Source: Lama glama
Taxonomy: Eukaryota
NCBI GenBank assembly: GCA_028534125.1
Contig: CM052850.1
Location: 26,164,001-26,228,000 of the forward strand
Reading direction: 5' to 3'
Length of the DNA: 64,000 nucleotides
The notes beneath the pieces are model-generated. The model did no database searches, had not been told where the DNA came from, and saw only the letters and a program-made list of their open reading frames with translations. Both the position numbers and the translations under genes were made by a program. Positions 1-11,526 of the stretch are shown here, one piece after another (within the stretch, counting starts at the first letter, position 1; each line of letters begins with the position of its first letter).

Positions 1-1194
1 GCCGCCAGGACCCTGCACAGCCCAGGAGGACGACCCAGTGTTCTCAGCCCAACTCGCTTTGGGGAATTAAAACATAAAATAAAGGGAAAAAGAAAGAAGT
101 GGAGAATCAACCCATCCCCACGAGGCTGCGTGGGGCTGGGCCCCGGCCCCCTTGGCCGGCGGAGGGGCCGAAGGCTGGCCTGGCTGGGTCCCATCCTTCA
201 CTCTGGCATCGAAAGCCAGACTCCAGCTGAGGCCCAACGCTGCGTGGCCGCTGTGACCGGCCTTCTGGGAGGCACTCCAGGGGCAGGCTGCATCGAAGCG
301 AAAAGAGCAGAAAGCAAGCAGACGGGCTTCTCTGGAACGCTGGGGGACCTGTGCAGGTTGCTGTCACAGACGGCTGGCTCCCCGGGCTTGTCCGCGAGGC
401 GTCCTGAGGAGCAGGCGCATCCCTGGTCTGGCTCCCTGCGGCCTCTGCTCCCTTCCACTTTCTCCTCCTGTAATCCAGTGGCAGCCTCCCAGCCCTTCTG
501 GAAGGTGCCCTGTGTGTCCTGGGAGCCCAGAGACAGGTGTAGCAGGCCGCTGGGACCACAGCTGGGCCGGGGCCTCAAGGTCACAGAAACATCGGCTGCC
601 ATCAGCTGAATTCAGCCTGCGCGGGTCTGTGTCTGCACCTACCCGGAGCTCTGAGGGCGAGTTTCCAGCGTCTGGGACCCCAGGGTGGAAGATGGGAGTG
701 GGAGTGAGGCAAAGCCACTCCTGAGCACCTGGGAGAAGATGGGGTCCAGAAGCACTGGCGTCCGGGGAGGCCAGTGCTGGGCTCTTTCTTCCCCCTCCCT
801 CCCTGGGGACACCTCCTCCAGGCAGTGACCCCTGGTGACAAGGAGAGGAACTGGCGGCCTCGCCGGCGTTGCCGGGGTCTTGCCAGGCAGCGTGCTCTCC
901 CCGACTGGTGGCCCCGGTCACAGGGCCCCTGAGCAGCTGTATGGGCTGCCTCCCAGCGCCTCCTCTGGTCCATGGCCACCACACTTGCCAGGCAGGCCCA
1001 GACTGGCCGGAGCTGTTGCTGGGACGTTGGCCTGATCTGCCCACAATGCCTGCAGCAGCCCACCTCTGTCCCTGGAGAGGGCCTAGGCTGACCAGTGGCT
1101 GGGGCACTGGCAGGGGAGGCTGAGTTATGGGGGCTCGAAAGCACCCCTGCAGCTCTGCATCACTCAGGGAGCTGGTGTTGCTACTCTGCGTTCA

Positions 1195-1425
1195 GTAGAT
1201 GAAGGGTGGAGCGGGGATGGACTCAAGCATGGCTGTGTGTGGGTTAGACCAGAAAATGGGTGGACAGACACACACCCGGTGTGCAGAGGAGTGGAAGGAG
1301 GAGAGAGGTGGACGGTGCAAGGATACATGGGAGGTTAAGTGACAGCTGGGGTAGAGTAGTGGGTGGACGGATCGGTGGACGGATGGATGGAAGATGGCTG
1401 GATGGGTGGACAGGTGAATGGCTTG
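1195..1425. repeat. Degenerate (TGGA)n simple repeat
   Basis: ggtggacggatcggtggacggatggatggaagatggctggatgggtgga. Confidence 0.7.
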
Positions 1426-3587
1426 GTCAGGATACACTGACAAAAGAAAAGGATCAGTAAGTAATTGCAGGTGGGCCGAAAGGTCGGGCAGAATAATACC
1501 CAGACCCCTGTGCTGCAATGAGCCAGGACAGGCGAGGTGGGCAGATGCCGGGGACTGGACTTCAGCGCCATTCTGAGGATGCACTTGGAAAAATGGGCAA
1601 ACAGGAGGCCGTCAGGGTCTGCCCGGGCCCCCTCCCGGGTGTCACGGGGACGCAGCCAGCAGCAGCGCCCCTCTCCCGTCTGTCTCCCTCAGCCACTGGC
1701 CTCTCTGGCCCTGATGAGCGACCCCCACCTGCTGAGCCACAGGGTGGCCCCTTCCCAGGAGGACGGTTCCTCTTGTCCTACGGCCCTTCCCCTCCTGGAC
1801 CCTAAGGCTTTCTCCAGCTCCCCTCTCTGCCCTGGCAACACCCAAGGCTTCGCTTTGGTCCTGGCGAGCCGTGAAGATAGGGTCCCTCATTATTCAGACG
1901 GGGTCTGGGGTGTGCCAGCCTGTCCACAGCGGGAATAGGAGACACTGGTCTTTGCCCACAGAACAGGACACACCCCAGACACCGCCTGGGGATGGCGACA
2001 CGTCCTCAGAGAAAGGTCAGAGAGAGGAGGGGGAGGGAAGGGTCGGAGGGTCTCGCACACCAGGGGGCTTTCCCCACGGGGACGAAGACCCCGGCGCCAG
2101 CATCCCGTCCCCGCCTGTCATCAGCCTGGCTTGGGCCAGTGGGCTGGGAGCCCTGGCTGCTGCCTGCCTCCCTTGGCCTTCCTGTCCTGGCTTTGGCCTC
2201 GGAGCAGGAGGAGAAGCTGCCACACTCCGCAGAGCTTTGGGGTAACCAGTGTGTCCAATCTCAGCAGCCCACGAGGAGGAGACACTCGCGCACGCATCGA
2301 CAGTCGACAAGCCCGAGCGGGAGCAGGACAGGATGGTCTCCAAGCAGAGAGAGGAGGCTGGGCCCCTTTCTGTCCAGACCCCTCTTGGCATGAGAGAGGC
2401 AGGTCCTCCAGGGGCCGAAAGCAGGTGAAACATGGACTTAGATACTTCCCGCCACTAGTCCAACCCTGGATGCAAGAGATCTGCCTGCCCCGCCCTCCCA
2501 CCAAAGCTACTCATTGTTTGCTTCTGCTGTGAGGTCTTGGGCCACACGGGGGCTGAGCATTAAAGGGACCCTGGGTGGGGGCGGGGGGGAGCACCTGCTT
2601 CGTCTGACCCAGACCGTACCTGCCGCCCGCGCTGACACGGTGCCCACTAGGTACCCCCTCCCACCCACTCCGGGCCTCAGGGTCCTCACCGCAAGCCTCC
2701 TCACCACTACCCACGCTCGCCTCTGTGGATGCTCTCTGCGGGCAGAGGCTCTGTCTGCCCGCCCTGGCCAGCCCCTCGTGCCAGGCTGTTGCAGCCCTGG
2801 TTGGTGGCAGGTCCTGGTGGACAAGAGAGGGATGTGGGGCCCACACTGGAAAGGTGGCCTTTTACAGCTGCTCGAAAGTGATCTCTTCTCAACAGCTGGG
2901 GTGGGAGGCGCTGCCGGGCAGCTGACCCTCAGCCGGTGGGCTGGCCCTGCAGGCTGGGCTGGCCAGATGCCACCAGCTGGCTGCCATCCCTGGTGTGCTT
3001 GCTTGTCCCCAAAGAAGGGTCCGGCAAGGGGAAGAGAAGCAGAGGCCAGCAGCAGGGCCTCAGGTGGCAGGCTCCTCCCAGGCCTGGCTCAGGACAGCAG
3101 CCCTGCCCCAGGGTCGCAGCGTCAGGGCCTCACATCTCACCCAGACCCCAGCCTGCCCAGGGAAGCGCCTGTTCCGCGGCACAATCTTGTGGGAACAGAG
3201 TCAAAGGGGACGCAGGGCTACTTCACAGCACGTGCTGCCTCACGGCAGCCCGAATCCCACAAGGCCCCTGCTCTTCTGAAACCCACAGATGGAGCCTTGG
3301 GGGGGGGCTGAGGTGCCATGCGGGGGGATGGAGGCTGCCGGGGTGGCGGTCGGCGGGGGCTCCCGTCAGCCCAGGTTCGGACAGCACCTGCCCTGTGGCA
3401 GCTGGGTGGAGTCCTCCCTCTCGATTCTCAAAGGGTGACTTCCTACCACTCTGAACAACGACAGCGATCAGACAAAGCCAGCGCTCCTCGTGGGACCACC
3501 GTTCAGATTTCTTTGAAAACCTATCACCCTAACTCTACATACTTCCGTAGTTTCTCTTAATTTTTTTAATTTGGCAAACATCTCTTC

Positions 3588-3593
3588 TTTATT
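3588..3593 (-). terminator. CBFA2T3: Canonical polyadenylation signal AATAAA
   Basis: + strand TTTATT at 3588-3593. An upstream UGUA element lies at 3638-3641, and the base composition changes just downstream. Confidence 0.8.
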
Positions 3594-3971
3594 ACCCCCT
3601 CATGAACACGGTCATTTGGACCTCTGCAGGGACTATGTACATTCACATTCTCGTGTGCTACTGACTTCTTGCCTCGCGGCGGGGCCCCGGGTTTCAGTAG
3701 CTGGTCACCACTGCACTCCAGTCCTGGGGACTTCTCACAGCCACGCAGGGAAGCGCAGATCGGGGGCCGTGTCTGCCACTTGCTCTCCCACTGAGTACAG
3801 GTCAGAATTTCCTTATTCCCTCCTTGAGATCGCTGTGGGGAGGTGAGTGGGGCCGGGGCACAAGGCCAGACTGGGGGGACTTCAGAGAGACACCCCCTGA
3901 GGAGCAGCTGGACAGAAACACGGGATTTTACGCAGGTGACCAAGTCTCCAGGAGGTGCAGGGAGGGCAGAC

Positions 3972-3998
3972 TGCGCGCGCGCGTGCGCGCGCACGTAC

Positions 3999-4024
<26 letters not shown>
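3972..4024. repeat. Compound (CG)n/(TG)n alternating purine-pyrimidine tract
   Basis: tgcgcgcgcgcgtgcgcgcgcacgtacgtgtg...gtgt, 53 bp of uninterrupted alternation. Confidence 0.95.
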
Positions 4025-4029
<5 letters not shown>

Positions 4030-5400
4030 TTTTCTGCAAAAGTGTGAAGACAGGAGTGGCAGGACACGCTGGGGTTGAGCTGGAAAGATGAGCTGGGGAG
4101 GCTTCGTGGCCCGGGGAGCAGAGGTAGAGGCGGGGGCGGAGAAGCAGCAGGTGCTGTCTCCTGTGCTTGGGAAAGCAGTCAAGAATCAAACCAAAAGATT
4201 GTCACAGTTTTGTCTCCGAATCACGGTCTCTCTGGGAAGGACATGTTAGCACTTTTTTTCACGAGTGGAGAAAATGAAATGCGATGGGAATTCACGGGGG
4301 CGTGAGGACAGCCCGAGGTATCCTCCCCGCACACCAGCAGACACACGGCGGGGCGCGCCCCGGGCGCATACGCAGATGCGCACATACGGGGCCCAGGGCC
4401 GCGCTGCCCACCCCGCCCGTCCCCGGCGGAGGCGCTGCGGTGGAGTTGAAAAGAAAGAAGTCGCTTCTTGTTGGGCAAAACGCTCCAAACCCCAATGTCC
4501 CGACACCCCTGAAACAGAATCCAAGCAAGAGAGAAGACCCACGACCTCCTGAACAAGCCCAGGTGTGGAGCCAAACAGTGAAGAACATACTTTGGCAGTG
4601 ACAAAACAGTTTTGGATTCTTACTTCTTGTGTCTGCTTTTTGGATCTCCTTGGGAGCAGAGGTGTGTCTGGCGTCCTTGGCTGGCTAGCTGGCAAGGTAG
4701 TTTACAGGTGTGGTCCTTTATCTGTTTTAAAAAAACTTTTTGGATTTCTACTTAAAGCCAAAGAGTTTGACATTAAAGGAAAAAAGTCCGAAACCAAAAA
4801 AATATTTCTTGAGTCAGAAATTGAGCTCTTTCTCACCATCCTCAGCATGTTGGCCACACAGCCCTGGGGTGGTTTCGGTGACTCAGCGGCTCAGGTCTCC
4901 AGCTATGAAAGAACAGCTTTCTTTTTCCCTTTTTCATCAGGAAGGGGAAATCCCCACAGTTTTCTTTGTCCATTACTGAGTAGTTCTTTTGCCACAAAAC
5001 CCCCAAAATTCTTCAATGAAAATATAAGCCACCAAACAATGAGATTTTTTCATTTAAAGTATGTGAGAGTTACAAAGACATAAACCCCAGAGAGAGAGAG
5101 AGAGGTGGGTGCGGACGGAGCCGGTCACCCTCTGGCCGGCGAGCGTCCCGTGGGCTAAAGCTTGCCGGGAGGCTCTGAGTCTGAGGATGGGAGGAGAGGT
5201 CGCTGCGTGACTGACAGGTAGCCGAGGAAGCTGCCTTCAATGCAGCTGTGTTGGTTCTGTGTTTTCTTTTGGAGAGAAGCAGCAGCAGTGACTCCCACGG
5301 CCGGGCTCCCAGGGCTGGGCCAAGTCCAGTGGGCCCGGGGCAGGGCTGGGCGGGTCGGCGGGTGCGCCACCCTTGGCCCGGGCACCGGGGTCTGGGCGGG

Positions 5401-5697
5401 TCAGCGGGGTGCAGCGTCCAGTGGGCCGGGCGGGTTGGGGGAACCTGGGCGGGAGGGCCCCGTGGAGCCGGCCTCGCCGGGGCTGGCGGCGGTGGCGGGC
5501 AGGCAGGGGCCCAGGCTGGCGGCATCTGGCTGTCCCGGCGCCGGGTCGGCCGCCACGGCCGCAGGGCCCTGCAGGCTCTGGCCGCACACGTGGTGGTGCT
5601 TCTCCCAGTCCTTGTGCTGGCAGAAGGAGCCGCAGTAGCGGGCTGCATTGCAGCCACTGCACGTCTCGCTGGCCTTGCGCCCGCAGTTCCAGCAGCT
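5401..5697 (-). CDS. CBFA2T3: CBFA2T3 exon 12 coding part (NHR4 MYND zinc finger [38 protein letters not shown]...LDAAPR*)
   Basis: attcag|AGC acceptor, intact MYND Cys/His pattern, TGA stop at 5403-5401, 297 nt. Confidence 0.97.
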   Translation of the reverse strand, partial: SCWNCGRKASETCSGCNAARYCGSFCQHKDWEKHHHVCGQSLQGPAAVAADPAPGQPDAASLGPCLPATAASPGEAGSTGPSRPGSPNPPGPLDAAPR

Positions 5698-7073
5698 CTG
5701 AATCGGGGGGAGGCATGGTCAGGGGCGGCCGAGCCTGGGCCCGCATTTCCCCAGAGTACCCCACCTGGCTGCAGGACAGGGAAGTCCACCCTGCAAACCA
5801 ACCTGCACAGACCGAGCCAGGGCACCACCAAGTGAGAAGAGAAAACTCCAAAGCATCACACCTTGTGGGGACCCGCAGCCTGCACAGCCTCTCGGCTGGG
5901 CTGCTGGGGGACAGGCTCCCACAGCTCAAGCCCACCCAGTGAGGCTCACAGTACGCCTACGGGGCCACGGAGCCCTCAGGAGGGAGGGAGCCATGGCCCC
6001 TTCCCCTCTTCCAGGAATCCCTCCTGGCTTCGCTGGGACTCCGATATCAGAACATGGCAGCCCCAGCAGAATAAAGACATGGGGTGCATGGGCTGAGCAG
6101 CTGTGGTCATGACCTCCCCAAACCACTGGGCCTCTGCCCACCTTCCGTGGAACAAGTGAGGACCCCAGCCACCCAAGCAGAAGGCGGGCAGGGATTCCAG
6201 GCACAGGCTGGAGGCAGCAGCCCAGGCAGGAGGACAGGGAGGCCCGAACCCACTGAGGCAGAAAGGCCCAAGTGCCCACTCGGCCTCCAGAGCCTCCTGC
6301 GGGGCCACACCACAGGCATGGCTGCCCCACCCGCCCTGGCCGGTCCCTGCTGCTCCCCAGGTCACTGCCGGCTAGCCCACTTCGTCCAGGACTGCTCGGA
6401 TGGCACTGCTAGGGGGCTGCCCTGGCACCCCATCCTCCCACACACGTCCACTCCTGAAGCCCCACAGGTGCCCTCCCACCTTCCCCGCTCCCCCTTGCCC
6501 ACTCGGATGTGAGGTCTGCTCTGCTCTGGCTGAGAGTGTCCATGAAAAGAGTCGTACAGAGATGCACGAGCTGACCGGGACGGGAGCCCATCTCTTCCAC
6601 ACCCTCCCTTGGGGCCAGCCCCGGCACAGACCAACCCAGGGCATTTTGAAGTGCCACCCCCACCCCCGTACAGTCCTGGAGCCCCCTAGAAAAGGCCTCT
6701 TCCTCTTCAGGACTCCTCTGTCGTCTGAGCGCTTCTCAGACAAGGGGGGACTGGAGCCTGCCGGGGCCCCCCGCTGCCCTGCTGGGCCAGCCCAGCCCCC
6801 CGGGCACACAAGCACCAGCATGACTCCCCGCTGCTTGCCTCTGCTTTCACGGATGCCCTGCTATTTCCTAGAGTGTCATCTGGGGCGAGCCACAGACCCT
6901 CTGGAGCCCTCAGTTTCCACACCTGTCGATGGGGACGCCCACAAGACCCGCCTCACCAGGCCGTGTGGGGTCCAGAGGCCCAGGGCTGCCCTGGTTCGCG
7001 TGGCTGGGAGGTTGGGGCTCCAGCCTTGGACCAGGAGATGGGGACGGGATGCGGAGTAGGCGGGCGGCCCTAC

Positions 7074-7264
7074 CTCACTGGAGTCCTCCTGCTGGTTGAC
7101 GACAGTGAGGGCGTCCTCGGAGGCCTGCCGCCGGGCCTCGGCCAGGGCCCGCTCCATCTTGGCCCGCTCTGTGCTGATGAGCTCGTGGGCCTTGCGCTCG
7201 GCGTCCGACACCGCTTTCTGCAGCTCCGACATGGCCTGCCGCTTCACCGCGCTCACTGCCTCCT
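7074..7264 (-). CDS. CBFA2T3: CBFA2T3 exon 11 (NHR3: [28 protein letters not shown]...NQQEDSSE)
   Basis: tttgcag|AG acceptor and GAG|GTAGGG donor, 191 nt. Confidence 0.97.
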
Positions 7265-7537
7265 CTGCAAAGGACGCCTCAGGCTGGTCGGCATGTGGGC
7301 CGGCCCGGACGAGTGTCCCCTGCCCACCACCCAGGGGCGGGCGTCCCGCGTGCATGTGCTGGCAGGGTCGTGGGGGAACCTCTCGTCAGGTAGAGGGGTG
7401 TCCCCTGGAGGGCAGAGACCCAGCCCCCCGCCAGATTCTGAGTCAGCAAGCCTCGAGAGGGCCCAGCTGAGCCCCCCTCCACCGATGCGGATGGCAAGAG
7501 GGTCTGGGGCCCTGGGCCGTCCCCTACCACGACTCAC

Positions 7538-7606
7538 CAGCCTTCCTCCAGATTTCCTCGGGCATGTAGCCAGAGAGGGTCCGGGGCATGAACTCCTGGT
7601 GGACGT
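7538..7606 (-). CDS. CBFA2T3: CBFA2T3 exon 10 ([23 protein letters not shown])
   Basis: tttcag|AC acceptor and CTG|GTGAGT donor, 69 nt. Confidence 0.95.
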
Positions 7607-8055
7607 CTGAAACACAGAGGGCCAGCATCACGCTCAGGGTGGGGCCACACCCAGCCGGGCCATGAGGGCAGGGTGTGTATGTGATCTTGTGTGACCTGGG
7701 GGTCCCTGAGGTCCCCATGGTACCTGTGTCCGTGGCTGGGGTGGGAGTGGGTAGTGTCAGGAAAGGAAGATGCCCTGGGACCAATGGACCTTGGATTCTG
7801 CTGGGAGCTGGGCCGTGCTCGGCCTGCTTCCACGGTCATTGTCCAGGGGACCTCCCAGCTCTGAGCCCCTGGCCCAATGGAACCATGAGCTGGGCTTCCC
7901 AAAGGGTCAGGCAGCGCCTTTGCGCAGCAAAAAGACCCCTTCCCCAAGTCAGATGGTTTTAGCCATATCACTGCAGGGCCACGTGAGGGCCCTGACTGTG
8001 TGGGTGACGGCCTTAGTCCTCGGTGCCCGGTCACGTGCCCTGCCCGCGTGCACAC

Positions 8056-8248
8056 CTAGCTGAGACCCCTCCACACCTGCAGAGCCGTGCAGGGGCCGGG
8101 CGGTGGGCGCGGGGCTCTTCTTGTCCTCGGCACCGCTACAGCGCCGGATCCAGTGGTTGAGCTCCTCGCGGTCAGCCTCCTGGCAGCGGCGCAGCACGGT
8201 GAGTGACCGCCGCGTCTTCTCGGCCATGTCCATGATGCAGTTCAGGAG
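8056..8248 (-). CDS. CBFA2T3: CBFA2T3 exon 9 (NHR2: [36 protein letters not shown]...GSQL)
   Basis: ccgcag|CTC acceptor and CTAG|GTGTGC donor, 193 nt. Confidence 0.96.
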
Positions 8249-8849
8249 CTGCGGGCGGGAGGGCAGGCAGCGTGAGCAGGAGGGCCGGGTGTGGCCGCTG
8301 GGATGAGGGGGACTGCTGGGGATATGTTCCCACACTCCTGGGCTGGGCCAGCGCGTCCACCAGGCCTGCCCACGGGGGCTCAGGGAGATGGCCGAACACC
8401 CGCTTCCACTGCCTGGAGACACCTGAGCAGCTGGGCAGGGCTGGGGAGGCCCACCAGCCTCCACCCAGACTCCCCAGCACCCGGGGCCCCAGACTGGTGG
8501 CTCAAACCCAGGGCTTCCGGCCCTCAGGGTGTGGTCCACCCCGCCGAGCAGTCCCGGGGAACACGCCCTCTCATGAGCTCCCCTCCCCGAAAGGAAATGT
8601 GGCAGGGATGGCCGTGAAAATGGGGTGGAAGGGGTCCCACCCCTATGGCCAAGGGACCTTCCTCTGGAAGGTTAATGAGGGCTGAGAACGGAGGCTTCTG
8701 AGGTGCTGGCCAGAAGCCGCCGGCAGCCTGAGCCTGGGGGGAGCAGGGCAAAGCCGGGCGCACACGAGCCCCGCCCCCGCAGCCCCTGCAGGCCGAGCCG
8801 AGCGCCCGGGAGTCGTCGTGCGCCCTGCGACCGCCGCCGCGACACTCAC

Positions 8850-8935
8850 GTTGTTGAGGTGCTTCCATTCCTCCGCCCACTCGCGCTCCGTAAGCCTGTG
8901 GTCAATCACTTCCTCAGGCCTGGACCCGTGCACCG
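8850..8935 (-). CDS. CBFA2T3: CBFA2T3 exon 8 (NHR2 start: [28 protein letters not shown])
   Basis: cccctgcag|CG acceptor and AAC|GTGAGT donor, 86 nt. Confidence 0.97.
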
Positions 8936-9849
8936 CTGCAGGGGGAGTGGACGCTAAGGCCCCGCCCCTTGCTCATTAGCCACCCCCTCCTGCTTCCAGG
9001 ACCTACCCTTTCGAAGCCCCTCCCTGTGCAGTCAGGCCCCGCCCCCTGTGCCAGGCCCCGCCCATGGGCTGTGCCCTCCTGGGGAACAGTGAGAGCGTGA
9101 AAGCGGGAACCCCGGGCACTGCCCTCGGGGGGCCGAACAGGCCTGGCCTCTTCCCGTGCTGGGAGGAAGAGACTTGGGTCCCCGTCCCTCGCTTTGGCCT
9201 CCCCTCCCCCACCCCCTGCTTCCCACGCAAATCCAGCCACTCCCACACTTTCTGACCCCTGCTGCCTGGGAAGTGGCCTCAGACCTCACTTAAGGGGCAT
9301 CCTTGTGACTGCCCGGCTCGGCCCGTGCTTTACTGCTCTCTCGGAGCCAGCTGGACTCCCCTGCACCGTTCAAAGCCCAGGTCACAGGCCCCTTCCTCCT
9401 CGGCAGCCCTGGGCTCTCAGACTTCCTGAGCCCCACGTATCTCTGGTTGTTTAGTAATTATAGGTGCCTCGCTGCTTCTTCAGTACCCCCAACAGACGGC
9501 GTCAGTCTGCAGGGCATGGCCGGCGTGGCCTGTTCACCTCTGTGTCCCCTGGGCTGCACTCCAGCCTGGTAGGACGTGCTCTGGCTTATCTGCTGGGTCT
9601 CGAGTGAGCGGGTCTCTGTGTGGTCTCCTGGGAACGGTGGGGCTGGGAAAGGCCGGAAGCCCTGACTCGCATTCCCTGTGGGACCTGGGCCCTTGTCCTG
9701 CCCGTGGGCTCAGTTTGCCTACCCTGCCTGCCTCCCAGGGGTGTGAGGAGAGGAGGTGCGCTGGAGGGGAGCCCCGGGTACAGAGCAGGGCTCTGCGCCA
9801 AGCGCTTCACCCTTTCATCCCTCTGTTGGCCTCTGGGGGGAAGGGTCTA

Positions 9850-9950
9850 CTGTCACTTCCACCTTATGGATGAGGAAACCCAGGCTGGTTAAGGGGACAC
9901 GTTGACCAAGGTCAAGCAAGGCTGGCCCTATCCAGAGCTGAGCCCTCAGG
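9850..9950 (-). mobile_element. MIR fragment
   Basis: ccttatggatgaggaaacccaggct..ttgaccaaggtca. Confidence 0.55.
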
Positions 9951-10594
9951 CCCTGACTGGTACAGTTCCAGAGGCTGAAACAAGGGGTGTCCCTACCCCG
10001 CAATCAGAAACAAAAGAACTGTGAGCTGAGAAGTCCTCGCCAGCCAGCAGGGTAGCATCTGCCCCCTCACAACGGCTCCTCCTCCGCTTATGCAAACACT
10101 GCAACCCCCCACCCCCACCGTGTCCCGGCACTGACTCCCTGGGCTGGGGTCCACCTAGGCCTGCTTGGCCCCCAGACCTGAAAGGCCTCTGCCCAGATTG
10201 CAGCAGAGGTGGGAGGCGCTGTCCACAGAGCTGGGGCCCGCGCCAGTGCCCCAACCAGAATAGTGGCTGAGATCTCTCTGACAGCTGGCGTTTATTTTTG
10301 CGTTAGCAGAAGCGGGTGGGAATTAGCACCTGCCTGACCCGGCTGCAGGGAGCCAGACGCTGTCACCTGCTGCCTGGGCCTGGGCCCTGGAAGCTTCCGC
10401 AGGGTGGGGGCAGAGAGACGGCCTTGGACAGGGCAAGGCCTCCACTGACCCTGCCTCTAGGTCCCCCATCGGTGCCCTAGGCTGCTCCCAGGCTGTCCCA
10501 CACCAATATGCGGGGGAGGTGTAGGGGAGGGTCTGGACTTTCCACCTTTGATACAGCACAGGGGCAGGTCAGAAGATCAGACAGCCGTGGCTAG

Positions 10595-10720
10595 CCGACT
10601 TTGGGTATGTTATACCCCCTGGGCCTCAGTCTCCCCATCTGTGGTGTGGGTGTGCAGACACGTCACACAGGTGTGTCAGGCACTTCAAGCTGCTGCCTCC
10701 TAGCCCTAGTAAAGCATCTA
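10595..10720 (+). mobile_element. MIR fragment
   Basis: gactttgggtatgttat..ctgggcctcagtctccccatctgt..gtaaagca. Confidence 0.55.
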
Positions 10721-11526
10721 ATGTGGGGACGAGGTCCACTGGGACCTGTTACTCCACTACCAGTAACTGCTGGGCCGGGCCCTGTATTAACCCCTCACAC
10801 CACTGGGGGAGGGCTGCTGTGAGGCCCCGCTCACAGGGAGGCACGGAGCCACCTGACCAGGGGTGCACCCAGGCACCTGGGGAGTCTCGATGCTGGAAGG
10901 TCACAGCCCTGCTGGAAGCCTGTGCCCTGGGGGCGATGCCGTGGCGCCCCAGCCTCCCTCATCTCTGTCCTCTCCCTGGGTGTTTGGGGCTCACTTCCTC
11001 GCCCGAGGGCACGGCTGGATGTGCACAGTCAGTGGCGCTCGGGGCTGAGGAGTCTCAGGGAGCCTTTGCTCTCCCTCAGGGTGCGTGGCCTTGGAGGCAG
11101 TGGCTGCAGCTCCTGGGACCTGGGGGCTGCCTTCATGCCAGGCCTCGCCCACCCACCTTGCCCGTAAACAGGTGCGTCCTGAGCAGCCCTAGGTCCCGTG
11201 CCTGTCTCTGCCCAGCCCCCAGGACATGAACCCCTGTGGGCACAGCACCCACCCCCAAGGGAGGGGCCCTCCTAGCCCTGAGGCTGGGGGATGTCAGGCT
11301 GCCCCCCAGGACAGAGGTCCCGGAAAGCTGGCTGTCCCTCAGGCTTTGGGGTGCAGCCCAGCTGGGTGGGGCTCCCCTCTGGCCTCTGAGGTTCAAATCC
11401 TTTCTCTGAACCCATTTCCTTTGTGTCTGTCCTTTCCAGACATATGGCACCGGGCAGCACCAGCTGTCCCCCTGGTGTTGTGGGGCACACAGCCGCTGGC
11501 GGGCACCCCCCACAGCGTGCTCTCAC

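Larger units (their letters stand above)
3568..5400 (-). other. CBFA2T3: CBFA2T3 3'UTR (~1.8 kb)
   Basis: Runs from the stop codon to ~20 nt past the first minus-strand AATAAA I found downstream of it. Contains A/U-rich blocks unlike the GC-rich flanks. The exact 3' end is approximate. Confidence 0.8.

Noticed and set aside
66-83. Plus-strand ATTAAA/AATAAA as a polyA site of a convergent gene
   Set aside because: They are embedded in an A-rich run, with no upstream gene visible and no GU-rich downstream element.
1-3500. Possible PABPN1L (human downstream neighbour of CBFA2T3)
   Set aside because: No ORF here shows the RRM or N-terminal sequence I expect. It probably lies outside the window.
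4246-4695. ORF annotated MPASQ.. resembling the MTG16a start MPASR..
   Set aside because: It lies in the 3'UTR, begins at a non-ATG codon, and the similarity does not extend. True exon 1a is not in the window.
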